Counted from the stretch's first letter, positions 1-9,217 are shown. The stretch is DNA of 24,659 nucleotides from a virus (IMGVR_UViG_3300033562_000132:1-24659); one strand, 5' to 3'. The notes: generated by a model not told the origin, from the letters alone. Program-made: numbers and translations.

Positions 1-3000
1 ATTAACCGTAAAGATGCTACGGATGGTACAACTACAGTCAATATCCTTGGCCACGAGTTCGTCCACTTTATCCAGAAGAACCACTCCGACCTCTACGACT
101 TCTTGAAGTCAGACATCGGAGAGTCCATGACCTTGGATAAGGTTAAAAAGCAAGTGGCTAAATATGAAGCAGACCCAGAGTACCAAAACAGAATAATGAA
201 TGACCGAGACCTCCTAATCGAGGAAATGTTGGCCGATGAATCAGGCTCGATATTCACGGACATGCAATTCTGGAATAACCTAGCGGCTAAGGACAAATCA
301 CTAGCTAAAAAGCTATACAATCTACTCAAAGACTTTTTAGAGCGAATCCTAGGCACTAAAATGGGCTCAGGCAACTTGGATGTTCTCACAGAAATGCAAA
401 TAATAGAGTTCCAAAAGAGGCTAGAGGGTGCTACTATCGAGGTCATGAAACGTGCGGAAGCTCCGGTAGTTAAGGCAGCTCCAGTCGTCAAAGCTGTTAA
501 GGCAGAGCCTGTCAAGGTGGAGCCAGTGGTTGGTGCAGAGCCAGTGGTTGGTGCAGAGCCAGTGGTTGAAGCAGAGCCCGTGGTTGAACCCACTAAGGCA
601 GAGACAGTGGTTGAAGCAGAGACAGTGGTTGACGCAGAGCCCGTGGTTGAACCCACTAAGGCAGAGACAGTAGTTAAACCTACTAAGGCCCCAAGACCTA
701 AAAAGAAAAACGTATATCCCGATGGTATAACCGACGAGGACATAGTAGACCTAGCCGAGATAATGCTAAACACCGTAGAAAAAGGCCTAAAAGGCGAGAC
801 GCTCCCCATAATAGGGGACGATGGATATATTGAAGGATGGTATGGTAATAACCGTACTTTGAGTCCTCTTGTGGAAGAGTTGGCTAAAAGATACCCAGAC
901 CAGATTAGTGAGCGCGAGGACCTAATACGTGTACTAAAAAACGTTATCAAAGACTACAACTACCCATTAGCTAAAGAGGCAAAAGCCTTCATAATCGAGA
1001 AGCTACAGAGCGGATACACTCAAGACGGAGTGGCCATACCCTCCATAAAAGTTCGCACATTAGCTCAAGAGATTTCAGTCAAGATGGACCTGTCAGTAGA
1101 CAGCCTAATGGAGTTCCCTCTTGAAGAGCTGCTAGAAATGAAAGCAGAAATGGACGAGAAGTATTCCATCCGTACAGACACCGAAGCGTTTAAGTCATGG
1201 TTTGGGGATTCAAAGGTAGTTGATGAAAACGGAAAACCCTTAGTAGTTTACTCAGGTCACGCCAACACCGGTTTATACGGGGGTGCTTTTAACCCTAAAA
1301 AAGCTACGGCAGGGGCGTTTTATGCGACAGCAGATACAGACATAGCATCTAGCTACGCCACTGGTAAGATGGGCAACTTCGAGGCCTATACCAACGGAGA
1401 CCAGTACCGCATAGGCGGAAAGAAACTAGACTCGATTATACTAACAAAAGAGCAGAAACAAAAGGCAGAAGCCTTCACAGGCGAAAGTCAAGGCATGACA
1501 TTAGACAAGTACATAGCTGAAAACGCTAAGTACGACAGAGAGGTAAGGGTTTGGGGGATAAGACCTAATAACCTACAGACTTACTTTTCCTTCTACGACT
1601 ACATGGGTGGTACCATATCGTATGATAATCATGATATAAAGAACCAATTTGAAGCACAGACTAATAGCGAGTTCGAAAACATGCTAGACCTATTAGGCCT
1701 AGACTGGAAGAGCTTTGAAAAGAGTCAGCCCGGGGTTATACCAATATATTTGAATATTTGGAACCCTATCGACACTAGCGAGCGTTTTCCGGGAGCTCTT
1801 CTTGCTGCACTAGAGGCAAAAGCTAAGACCGAGAGGACACAAAAATGGCAAGAGGACGCACACTGGACTAAACACTACTCAATGAAATCTTGGGTAGAGT
1901 TGATAAAAAAGGGTGACGAGTTCTGGGCAACACAGATACCTAAAAAAGCCCTGCCTATCATAAAGGAGTTTGGCTACGACGGTATTAAAGACACTGGCGG
2001 TAAAATGGGAGGAGACCAGCACGCAGTATGGCTTGCATTTACGCCAAGTCAGATTAAGTCAGCGATAGGCAACAAAGGCACGTTTGACCCTACTAAAAAC
2101 GATATGCGCTACTCTATAAAGCCTATGGCCGGACAAATAGCACTTAACCTTGGCTTAGACGCTAAGTCGGCACAACTAGGCGCAGAGGCGCTATTCGGCT
2201 TAAACGAGACGTTCAAGGCAGACCTAAAGAGTCGCTTCATAGCTAGAGCGTTCACGAGAAAATTCATAAACACTGGAATGGTAAACCATATAGGCGAAAC
2301 CGTTTCGAGCCCAGAAGAGTTAGCAGTATTAGCTCAAATCTATAGAGACCCACGCTTCGAGACTTTCCGCGTATTCTTCGTGGATAAGGACGACAAGATA
2401 GTATTATATACCGGTGTATCCTCTAAACTACCTAATGCGACCTCTTTAGTGGAAGGTGACACAAACGAGTACGTCAAAAAAGTATATGGATACGCTCATA
2501 AAGCAGGCGCAGTAGGTTACTACCATTTACACAATCACCCAAGCGGAAACCCTACGCCAAGCCATCAGGACATAGCAGCAGCCGACAGCTTCAACAAGGG
2601 TGTAGACTGGTTAGATTTCAAAGGCAGTGTAGTTATCAATAGCAACAGATACGCTACAATGCTACCAGACGTAAACGGAAATATCGTAACAGATGTAAAG
2701 TTTATACCGAATGTGACTAAGGACCTTTTACTTACACCAGAGCTACCACACTTAAACCTAGGAGTAAAGCTAGACTCTTCAAATGTAATAAAGATATCCA
2801 AGGCGTTAAAAGCACCAAAGGGATACTCGACTATCATTTATGCAGACACAAAGATGCAGATACGCTCGATACAAGAGGTGCCGACGGCAGACGTACAAAC
2901 GATAGCAAGTCTCAAGAAGCATATTGGTAAATACGCCTTGAACGAAGGGGGAACACATCCAGTCTTCGTGGCAGAGACCGAGTTAGTGTATTTGAACGCC

Positions 3001-6000
3001 AAGGCATTGATACCTGAGGGGTATTTCGTAGATGCTTTATTCTTCGACGGAGCCAGAATATCACAAGGCCGAGACACGACAAGTCCAGACCCTATGAAGA
3101 TAAAAGACTGGATGGGTAAAGAAGCCGTAGGCGTATCGGTATGGGAGGATAAGAAGTCCCTAGTCAGACCCGAAAACATTTACAAGCCTAGGTCAGAGTG
3201 GACGAGCCTCGAAGAACTAATGGCAGAAATGGGTATGAAGCCAACGACAAAAGAGTACGACGACTACCTTGCAGCAAAGGAGATAGAGGATAAGGAAAGA
3301 TACGCTAGAATGGAAGCCGACAAACAACAGGGCATCAAGGAGTTTAAAGCCCTTAATATGAAGTTCAGTCCAATAAAAAGGTCCACAAAGACGAGCTATC
3401 CTTACTTCAAGACTGACAAAACGGGGATGTCATTCTACGATAACTTTTTCACGGACCCAGATTACATGAGCAGGTCCAAAGGGTTAAAAGGCTATATAGC
3501 CGATATGAGCCCGAAAGAATACCTAGACCGGGTAGCGGTAGAGATATTCAAGACAACACCCGCTAGGTCCTTACGTGCAGTTGACATGGGCCTTGTGAAA
3601 GAGTACGCCGATAAAATGAAGGCCGGGGAAAAGTTCACGACGCCAATGTTAAACTATGCAGAAATGTCACAGGAAGGCCGACACAGAGCTATGGCCGCCC
3701 AAGAGCTTGGAGCCGATAGTATACCCGTACTTGTGGTAGAAAACACGGACAAGTTCAAGATTAGAGCCTATCACGGTACGCCTCACGACTTCGACACCTT
3801 TACTACCGAGAAGATGGGTACAGGGGAAGGAGCACAGGCCTATGGCTGGGGGCTATACTTCGCCGGGGATAAAAGGGTGGCTGAGTGGTACCGTGATAAC
3901 TTAACAAAGAAAGACGCCAAGCCAAAAATATCAGGTGTGCAAAAAGACGGTACCGTTATCAAAGACCTTAGAGCAATTGCCTACATGGCAGGCGAGCACG
4001 CGGATAACTTCTACCAGCAATATGTGAATAATGATAATAAAAAGATTGACGGCCTAACACTAAACGATTTAATAGACGTAGTATCAATGGAGCTTGAAAA
4101 CAGAGTAGAGGCGAAAGACAACCTAGAGGAGATATACCGAACATTTCGAGCACTTTTAGTGGAGAGAGGAGTATATGATAAGGTACTAGACGATTTCGAT
4201 ATGCTAGTAAAACATGAATGGCTAGAAGATGTGTACTATTTTGTAGAAACCGAGTTATACTCCGACGAGGACGATACATTATATCAAAAACTCCGGGAGT
4301 ACGCAAACGAGGTAATCGGTGAATACACAGACATTGAGTCAAGAAATGTGTATGACCATATATCCGAACTATCCGAGTTTTTAATGCGCCTAGAAGAGTT
4401 TGAGAGTGTAACAGTTAAAGCTCCAAGTAAAGGAAAGCTATATACCGTGGACCTAGCCCCAGACCACACAGACATGCTAGACTGGGACAAATCGTTTCCA
4501 AGGCAGTCGGACAAGGTTAAAAAGATATTATCCGATTATGCAGAGGATGCAGAAGCCAGAACGAAGAAATACAAAGATAGGCTATGGAAGTTTGAAGATA
4601 GCCTAGAAGCTAAATACGGCGACGATTGGATGGACAAGATAACCGACAAAGAGGCGCTGCTTCGAGAAGTACTGTATCGTCGTATAAACCAGCACAAGAC
4701 TGGGCTGCTAATTGCTAGGGGCATAGAATTGGACTACAGCGGAGAGGCCTTCTACGACAGAGTCAGGATGGAAAAGAACAATAAGCAAGAGAATGCCTCA
4801 GCGTTTTTCAGAGACCTAGGAATACCGGGCATAGTGTACGCAGACGGCAACACTAGACACAGTGCAAAAGATAAAAAGTACAACTACGTTATCTTCGAGG
4901 ATGACTCAATAGAGGTGGTCGAAAAGAAGTCAGTAAAACAACCTTCTGTCGAGATAAACTTCAAAGAAAACCAAAAAGTCAGTAAAAAGGACATGTTTAA
5001 AGACATTTACAGACATGTTTTCGACAAGAACGACCCAATACTCGGGGCAAATGCTAAGGCAGGTATGCTAGCATCCAACTCAGCTCTTATATCCGGTACC
5101 GTTCAAAGGATAGCCGAATATGGCCTAGTAAGCACCGAGGGCAAGAACCTCGGACCGTCCTTGAAGAGTGTAATAGAAGGAGTCGAAGAGGACAAAAACT
5201 TCTGGCAGTATGCAGCACAAAAACACAACATCGACCGGGCCAACGAAGGTAAGCCAGTAGACCCAAGCATGACCGCAGCAGACTCAGCGGCGTATGTAGC
5301 AGAGCAAGATTCACTACACCCAGAGTATGCAGCAAAGCTAGACAGCATTAGCGCTTGGATTGACAGATTTATGAAGGAATGGGCAGTTAATACAGGAGTC
5401 GTCGACGCAGGTACCTATCAAATGTGGAGAGACATGTATCCAAACTACTTCCCTACTTATCGAGAGTTCTCGGACCTTGAGAAAATGTCGAACGGCTCAG
5501 GAGCTAAAAAGTTCGTGGACCTTCCTAGCCCAGTCAAAAGAGCAAAGGGCTCGGACCGTGACATAAGTAACCCAGTAGGAAACATCGTTATGCTAGTCAA
5601 TAAAGTAGTTCGTACAGCTCGGTACAACGAGATAGGACAAGCTTTATTAGAAGGAGTCCGTGCTGGCCAAACAGACCTAGCGGAAGAAATACCGCCTACC
5701 AAGGCTATGTTCAACAACTTGGACAACATGGTATCGGTGTGGGAGAACGGTAGACAATCCTTCGTACAGATACACGACGCAGCATTGTTAGAGGCAATCA
5801 ACGACATGCCTAAGATAATCAACAACGCTAAAGCAGTCAGAGCCGTATCCAACGTATTCAAACGATTGATAACACAAGACAACCCACTGTTTGCTATCCG
5901 TAACATCTTTAGGGACATTCCTACGGCGTATATCTATGGGCAACAGAACAACCCACTCAAGTTCCTTGCAAACCTTGTAAAGGCCGGATACGAGTTCTCG

Positions 6001-7272
6001 ACCGATACCGGGGGAGCTAATCTATACCGTAACCTAGGTGGAAACAGCGGAGGGCAATTCAGTGCAGACGAGGCCGCTAAATACGCGCAGTTACTACAAC
6101 CTAGTTCAGCCTCGATGCTAAAGCTACCTATTAAGGCTATTCACTTCTTCAACGGCCTAACAGAGCAAGCACCACGTATCAGCGAGTTTAACTACGTACT
6201 CAAAAAGACTGGAGACGTTCAAAAAGCATTACACGCAGCACAGACAGTGACGGTCAACTTCGCAAGAGGCGGAGATATGACCAAGAAAATGGAGCCATAC
6301 GTCCCATACCTTAACGCGTCTGTTCAAGGTGTCGACAAGTTCTTTAGCGCTTTCAACTTCAAAAAGGACCCAGTAGGAGCCGCTACAAGGCTAGTAAAGG
6401 CCGGTATATCAATAACCTCAGTGCAAGTGGCCTCCTATCTAATGTGCATGTTTGACGACGAGGACAAGTACAAGTCGCTAGACCAAAGAACCAAAGACGC
6501 GTACTATCTCTTCCCTAAAGACGACGGTACTTACTGGAAGATACCAAAGTCCCGAGAAGTAGGAGTGCTATTCGGTACATTATTCGAGAGAGCTTTATCT
6601 GGTAATTACAAAGGGCTAACTAAAACAGTACTTACAAACTTTACGCCGGTAAATCCTTTTGAGAACAACCTAGCAGCGCCGTTAATATTCAACATACCGG
6701 TTAATGAGGACTTTGCAGGGCGTAAGATAATACCGGCAGCTCTCGAGGACCTATCACCTAGGTACCAATTTGACAGCAACACGAGCGAGATAGGCAAGCT
6801 GTTAGGCAGACTCACCAACATATCACCTAAGCAGATTGACTACATCATTAGAAGCTACACTGGGGTTATTGGACAATTTGTGCTACCGGCTACGACGAAA
6901 AGGTCCGGAGCTGGAAATGCACTCGAGCGTATGACGATAGGCGCCTTCACAGCAGACCCTACATTCAGTTCACAGCATGTGACTGACTTCTACGAACTAC
7001 GAGACAAGTTCAATACAAAGCAGGCAGACGCTAAGTTCAAAGGCCAAACAACCGATAAGAGGGCTAGCGCATTCAACAAAATATCTTCTACTTTAACCGA
7101 GGCCAATCGATACATCAACACGAACCTAAAGGCCGACGACCCTAAAGTCAAGATAATTAAGGACATCATCAATAAGTACCTCGGAAAAGTTAACGAAGAT
7201 AGCTCCATAGCAGAGCTAAAAAGGATAGAGTATCAGCTATCCGCCGAGTTGTTTAAAAAGGGTGTAAGATAA
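1..7272 (+). CDS. Giant polyvalent (likely virion-ejected) protein, 5'-truncated: zincin metallopeptidase / ART-like / JAB-RadC / ParB-like / ART-like / LPD38
   Basis: Frame 1 is open from base 1, so the ORF-track start at 103 is not the real start. Motifs: ILGHEFVH (HExxH, 52-66) with downstream EEMLAD; FKSWFGDSKVVDENGKPLVVY...GYDGI...QIKSAIGNKGTFD (ART-PolyVal-like, ~1171-2115); HNHPSGNPTPSHQD (JAB, 2530-2571); EGRHRAMAA (ParB-like, from 3673); AYHGTPH...GTGEGAQAYGWGLYFA...LDWDK...NYVIF (ART-like, ~3763-4920); NFARGG...KIPK...DFAGRKI...ISPKQIDY (LPD38-like, ~6240-6990). Confidence 0.85.
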   Translation: MNRKDATDGTTTVNILGHEFVHFIQKNHSDLYDFLKSDIGESMTLDKVKKQVAKYEADPEYQNRIMNDRDLLIEEMLADESGSIFTDMQFWNNLAAKDKSLAKKLYNLLKDFLERILGTKMGSGNLDVLTEMQIIEFQKRLEGATIEVMKRAEAPVVKAAPVVKAVKAEPVKVEPVVGAEPVVGAEPVVEAEPVVEPTKAETVVEAETVVDAEPVVEPTKAETVVKPTKAPRPKKKNVYPDGITDEDIVDLAEIMLNTVEKGLKGETLPIIGDDGYIEGWYGNNRTLSPLVEELAKRYPDQISEREDLIRVLKNVIKDYNYPLAKEAKAFIIEKLQSGYTQDGVAIPSIKVRTLAQEISVKMDLSVDSLMEFPLEELLEMKAEMDEKYSIRTDTEAFKSWFGDSKVVDENGKPLVVYSGHANTGLYGGAFNPKKATAGAFYATADTDIASSYATGKMGNFEAYTNGDQYRIGGKKLDSIILTKEQKQKAEAFTGESQGMTLDKYIAENAKYDREVRVWGIRPNNLQTYFSFYDYMGGTISYDNHDIKNQFEAQTNSEFENMLDLLGLDWKSFEKSQPGVIPIYLNIWNPIDTSERFPGALLAALEAKAKTERTQKWQEDAHWTKHYSMKSWVELIKKGDEFWATQIPKKALPIIKEFGYDGIKDTGGKMGGDQHAVWLAFTPSQIKSAIGNKGTFDPTKNDMRYSIKPMAGQIALNLGLDAKSAQLGAEALFGLNETFKADLKSRFIARAFTRKFINTGMVNHIGETVSSPEELAVLAQIYRDPRFETFRVFFVDKDDKIVLYTGVSSKLPNATSLVEGDTNEYVKKVYGYAHKAGAVGYYHLHNHPSGNPTPSHQDIAAADSFNKGVDWLDFKGSVVINSNRYATMLPDVNGNIVTDVKFIPNVTKDLLLTPELPHLNLGVKLDSSNVIKISKALKAPKGYSTIIYADTKMQIRSIQEVPTADVQTIASLKKHIGKYALNEGGTHPVFVAETELVYLNAKALIPEGYFVDALFFDGARISQGRDTTSPDPMKIKDWMGKEAVGVSVWEDKKSLVRPENIYKPRSEWTSLEELMAEMGMKPTTKEYDDYLAAKEIEDKERYARMEADKQQGIKEFKALNMKFSPIKRSTKTSYPYFKTDKTGMSFYDNFFTDPDYMSRSKGLKGYIADMSPKEYLDRVAVEIFKTTPARSLRAVDMGLVKEYADKMKAGEKFTTPMLNYAEMSQEGRHRAMAAQELGADSIPVLVVENTDKFKIRAYHGTPHDFDTFTTEKMGTGEGAQAYGWGLYFAGDKRVAEWYRDNLTKKDAKPKISGVQKDGTVIKDLRAIAYMAGEHADNFYQQYVNNDNKKIDGLTLNDLIDVVSMELENRVEAKDNLEEIYRTFRALLVERGVYDKVLDDFDMLVKHEWLEDVYYFVETELYSDEDDTLYQKLREYANEVIGEYTDIESRNVYDHISELSEFLMRLEEFESVTVKAPSKGKLYTVDLAPDHTDMLDWDKSFPRQSDKVKKILSDYAEDAEARTKKYKDRLWKFEDSLEAKYGDDWMDKITDKEALLREVLYRRINQHKTGLLIARGIELDYSGEAFYDRVRMEKNNKQENASAFFRDLGIPGIVYADGNTRHSAKDKKYNYVIFEDDSIEVVEKKSVKQPSVEINFKENQKVSKKDMFKDIYRHVFDKNDPILGANAKAGMLASNSALISGTVQRIAEYGLVSTEGKNLGPSLKSVIEGVEEDKNFWQYAAQKHNIDRANEGKPVDPSMTAADSAAYVAEQDSLHPEYAAKLDSISAWIDRFMKEWAVNTGVVDAGTYQMWRDMYPNYFPTYREFSDLEKMSNGSGAKKFVDLPSPVKRAKGSDRDISNPVGNIVMLVNKVVRTARYNEIGQALLEGVRAGQTDLAEEIPPTKAMFNNLDNMVSVWENGRQSFVQIHDAALLEAINDMPKIINNAKAVRAVSNVFKRLITQDNPLFAIRNIFRDIPTAYIYGQQNNPLKFLANLVKAGYEFSTDTGGANLYRNLGGNSGGQFSADEAAKYAQLLQPSSASMLKLPIKAIHFFNGLTEQAPRISEFNYVLKKTGDVQKALHAAQTVTVNFARGGDMTKKMEPYVPYLNASVQGVDKFFSAFNFKKDPVGAATRLVKAGISITSVQVASYLMCMFDDEDKYKSLDQRTKDAYYLFPKDDGTYWKIPKSREVGVLFGTLFERALSGNYKGLTKTVLTNFTPVNPFENNLAAPLIFNIPVNEDFAGRKIIPAALEDLSPRYQFDSNTSEIGKLLGRLTNISPKQIDYIIRSYTGVIGQFVLPATTKRSGAGNALERMTIGAFTADPTFSSQHVTDFYELRDKFNTKQADAKFKGQTTDKRASAFNKISSTLTEANRYINTNLKADDPKVKIIKDIINKYLGKVNEDSSIAELKRIEYQLSAELFKKGVR
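520..690 (+). repeat. In-frame minisatellite of 18-bp and 27-bp units encoding an (A)E(P/T)VV(E/G) linker
   Basis: Units: gagccagtggttggtgca x2 (520-555), gagccagtggttgaagca (556-573), gagcccgtggttgaacccactaaggca (574-600 and 637-663), gagacagtggttga(a/c)gca x2 (601-636), degenerate 27-mer (664-690). Confidence 0.95.
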
Positions 7273-7283
7273 TGTGATATAAT
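7273..7283 (+). promoter_or_regulatory. Extended -10 promoter element (TGTGnTATAAT) without a clear -35
   Basis: TGTGATATAAT directly after the TAA of the giant gene; perfect TATAAT at 7278-7283 with the TRTG extension. Confidence 0.55.
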
Positions 7284-7289
7284 GTATTT

Positions 7290-7343
7290 GCCCATCTTTT
7301 TACCCCTTGACCGAGGCGCCTATTCGTAGGCGCTTTAGTTTTT
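7290..7343 (+). ncRNA. Candidate small RNA with an anti-Shine-Dalgarno/anti-AUG seed
   Basis: Lies between the extended -10 (7273-7283) and the terminator (7314-7343). Its seed CCCATCTTTTTACCCCTT is the reverse complement of an RBS-spacer-ATG pattern. Confidence 0.35.
7314..7343 (+). terminator. Rho-independent terminator after the giant gene
   Basis: Stem AGGCGCCTA / TAGGCGCTT with TTCG loop, followed by TAGTTTTT. Confidence 0.85.
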
Positions 7344-7356
7344 AAAAAAATAGTAC

Positions 7357-7385
7357 TTGACGCATTATGGGTCATATGATATTAT
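7357..7385 (+). promoter_or_regulatory. sigmaA/sigma70 promoter P1 with overlapping palindromic operator (7358-7374)
   Basis: TTGACG-17 bp-TATTAT with TG extension; operator TGACGCAT-T-ATGGGTCA; repeated at 9812 and, inverted, at 21700. Confidence 0.9.
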
Positions 7386-7410
7386 AGACAAATCGAAGGG
7401 AGGTGGCGAT

Positions 7411-7578
7411 ATGGTCACTAAAATGAAGCTAGAAAGAATTAAAAAAGGGCTAACGCAGCACGACTTGGCTCAATTGATGGGGACTACTCGTAAACAAATT
7501 TACTTGTGGGAGCGAGAACTATCTATACCTCGTGACGAAAATAAGTCCAAGTTGGACAAAATTCTTAAGGAGGATTAA
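7411..7578 (+). CDS. XRE/Cro-like helix-turn-helix transcriptional regulator (55 aa)
   Basis: MKLERIKKGLTQHDLAQLMGTTRKQIYLWERELSIP fits the HTH_3 pattern. ATG 7411 follows a GGGAGGTG RBS; the track's TTG start at 7357 is the -35 box. Confidence 0.9.
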   Translation: MVTKMKLERIKKGLTQHDLAQLMGTTRKQIYLWERELSIPRDENKSKLDKILKED

Positions 7579-7581
7579 AAG

Positions 7582-8061
7582 ATGGATTACCAATTAAGCA
7601 TTAAGGGTAGTGTAATGGAAATGGCAGAGGCGATGAAGGTATTAGCAGAACTGGACGTACGTTTAAAAGCAGAGGCGAAAGCGGACTTAAACCCTGTAAC
7701 TAAAAGACCAGCGGGTAATGTAGACCAGCACGTACCTACTAAAAAAGCACCCGTAGAGCTTGTAGACAAAAAATCAGCGGTTAAAAACCCACTCGTAGTA
7801 GAAGAAGAGCTCGTAGGCCAAGTGTCTATAACAGACGTACCAAACCCTGTTCCAGACCAAGTAGAAATTGTAGTCCCTGTAGTTGTCGAAAAGGCAAACT
7901 ACATCACCAAAGACTCGGTACGTGCACTCGCTACTCAATTAGTAAGAGCCAACAAGAGTAAAGAGGTCAACGCAGCTATCGTATCCGTTGGCGCTGCTTC
8001 AATCTCTAAGGTAGCAGATGACAAGCTAGAAGAGCTACATGCGCTTCTTGCAGCTCTATAA
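7582..8061 (+). CDS. Hypothetical phage protein of the kind typically found upstream of DUF2800
   Basis: AGGAGG RBS; Pro/Val/Lys-rich middle and C-terminal helical domain (VRALATQLV...GAASISKV...); stop overlaps the next start. Confidence 0.7.
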   Translation: MDYQLSIKGSVMEMAEAMKVLAELDVRLKAEAKADLNPVTKRPAGNVDQHVPTKKAPVELVDKKSAVKNPLVVEEELVGQVSITDVPNPVPDQVEIVVPVVVEKANYITKDSVRALATQLVRANKSKEVNAAIVSVGAASISKVADDKLEELHALLAAL

Positions 8062-9215
8062 TGGGCGACCACGCGCTACTAGGCGCATCAAACGCCGAAA
8101 TGTGGATTAACTGTCCCGGCTCGGCGCGGTTAAATGAAATATTATCAGATGTGACATCCGAGTACGCTCAAGAAGGTACCCTAGCTCACGAGATATGTGA
8201 GCAGATGTTATATTATAATCTCAAGCTGATTACCAAGCAAAAGTTCTACGCTTGGCTCAAGAAGCAAAAAGAGAATCCTCTCTACAACGAAGAAATGGTA
8301 GACTATTGTAGCATCTACAATAACTACGTATTAGCTATCAAAGGCGAGGAAGTCTTGATTGAACAACGGTTAGACGCATCCGCGTACATTCCAGAAGGTT
8401 TTGGAACTGGAGACGCCGTAGCGGTGGCCGGGAATACGTTACATGTTATCGATTTTAAGTACGGTAAAGGAATCAAGGTTGAAGCTGAGAACAACAGCCA
8501 ACTCAAGTATTATGCTCTCGGGGCGTTAGGCGCACTCAATATGTTATACGACTTTGAAAACGTCGTCGTACACATCGTGCAGCCAAGACTAGGAGAACCC
8601 GTTTCATGTGAATACACTGTAGAAGATATTTTACAGTGGGGTGAAAGCATTAAAGAACAAGCTCAAAAGGCTTGGAAGGGTACGCCAGAGTTCAAGTCCG
8701 GTAAATGGTGCCAATGGTGTAAGACCAAGGCAACGTGCGCCACTAGGTTAAGAGAAGAGGTCCAAGAAGCATTCGAGGACGCATTCATTGACCCAGAGGA
8801 AATGAAGGACTTGAAACCTAATCAAATATCAGAGGACGAGATACTTTATTGGCTCCCTTTGGTAAAACCAATCACCAAGTTTTTATCGGACCTTGAGTCT
8901 TATGCGTCTGAACAGGCCATATCACATGGCAAAACATGGGTGGGTTGGAAAGTAGTAGAGGGCCGGTCAAATCGTGTTTATTCTAATGAGGAGACTGTCA
9001 AAGAAACATTAGAAATGTTTGGGGTAGAGGTAGAGTACCTTAAGACCAAGCTAGTAGGCATCACCGAGCTCGAGAAACTGTTAGGTAAGAAGTTGTTCTC
9101 AGACCTTGTAGAACCACTACTTATTAAGCCGCCGGGCTCTCCAGTTCTAGTAGTTGAAACCGATAAACGAGAAGCAGTCAAAAACGATGCGGCTACCGCA
9201 TTCAAGGAGGAGTAA
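8061..9215 (+). CDS. DUF2800 family Cas4-like PD-(D/E)xK exonuclease
   Basis: HALLGAS...WINCPGS, EGTLAH, EQRL, FGTGD, IDFKYGKG, QLKYYALG, WCQWCKTKATC (Fe-S-type Cys cluster). Confidence 0.9.
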   Translation: MGDHALLGASNAEMWINCPGSARLNEILSDVTSEYAQEGTLAHEICEQMLYYNLKLITKQKFYAWLKKQKENPLYNEEMVDYCSIYNNYVLAIKGEEVLIEQRLDASAYIPEGFGTGDAVAVAGNTLHVIDFKYGKGIKVEAENNSQLKYYALGALGALNMLYDFENVVVHIVQPRLGEPVSCEYTVEDILQWGESIKEQAQKAWKGTPEFKSGKWCQWCKTKATCATRLREEVQEAFEDAFIDPEEMKDLKPNQISEDEILYWLPLVKPITKFLSDLESYASEQAISHGKTWVGWKVVEGRSNRVYSNEETVKETLEMFGVEVEYLKTKLVGITELEKLLGKKLFSDLVEPLLIKPPGSPVLVVETDKREAVKNDAATAFKEE

Positions 9216-9217
9216 CA

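Noticed and set aside
520-690. Possible CRISPR array
   Set aside because: Units are contiguous, in frame and have no unique spacers; it is a coding minisatellite.
93-950. 285-aa minus-strand ORF
   Set aside because: Antisense shadow of the giant gene and its repeat; low-complexity S/T/G translation. The other minus-strand ORFs nested in long plus-strand genes are rejected for the same reason.
8061-9215. Cas4-like gene as a sign of a CRISPR-Cas locus
   Set aside because: No array or other cas genes; DUF2800-DUF2815-PolA is a standard phage replication module.
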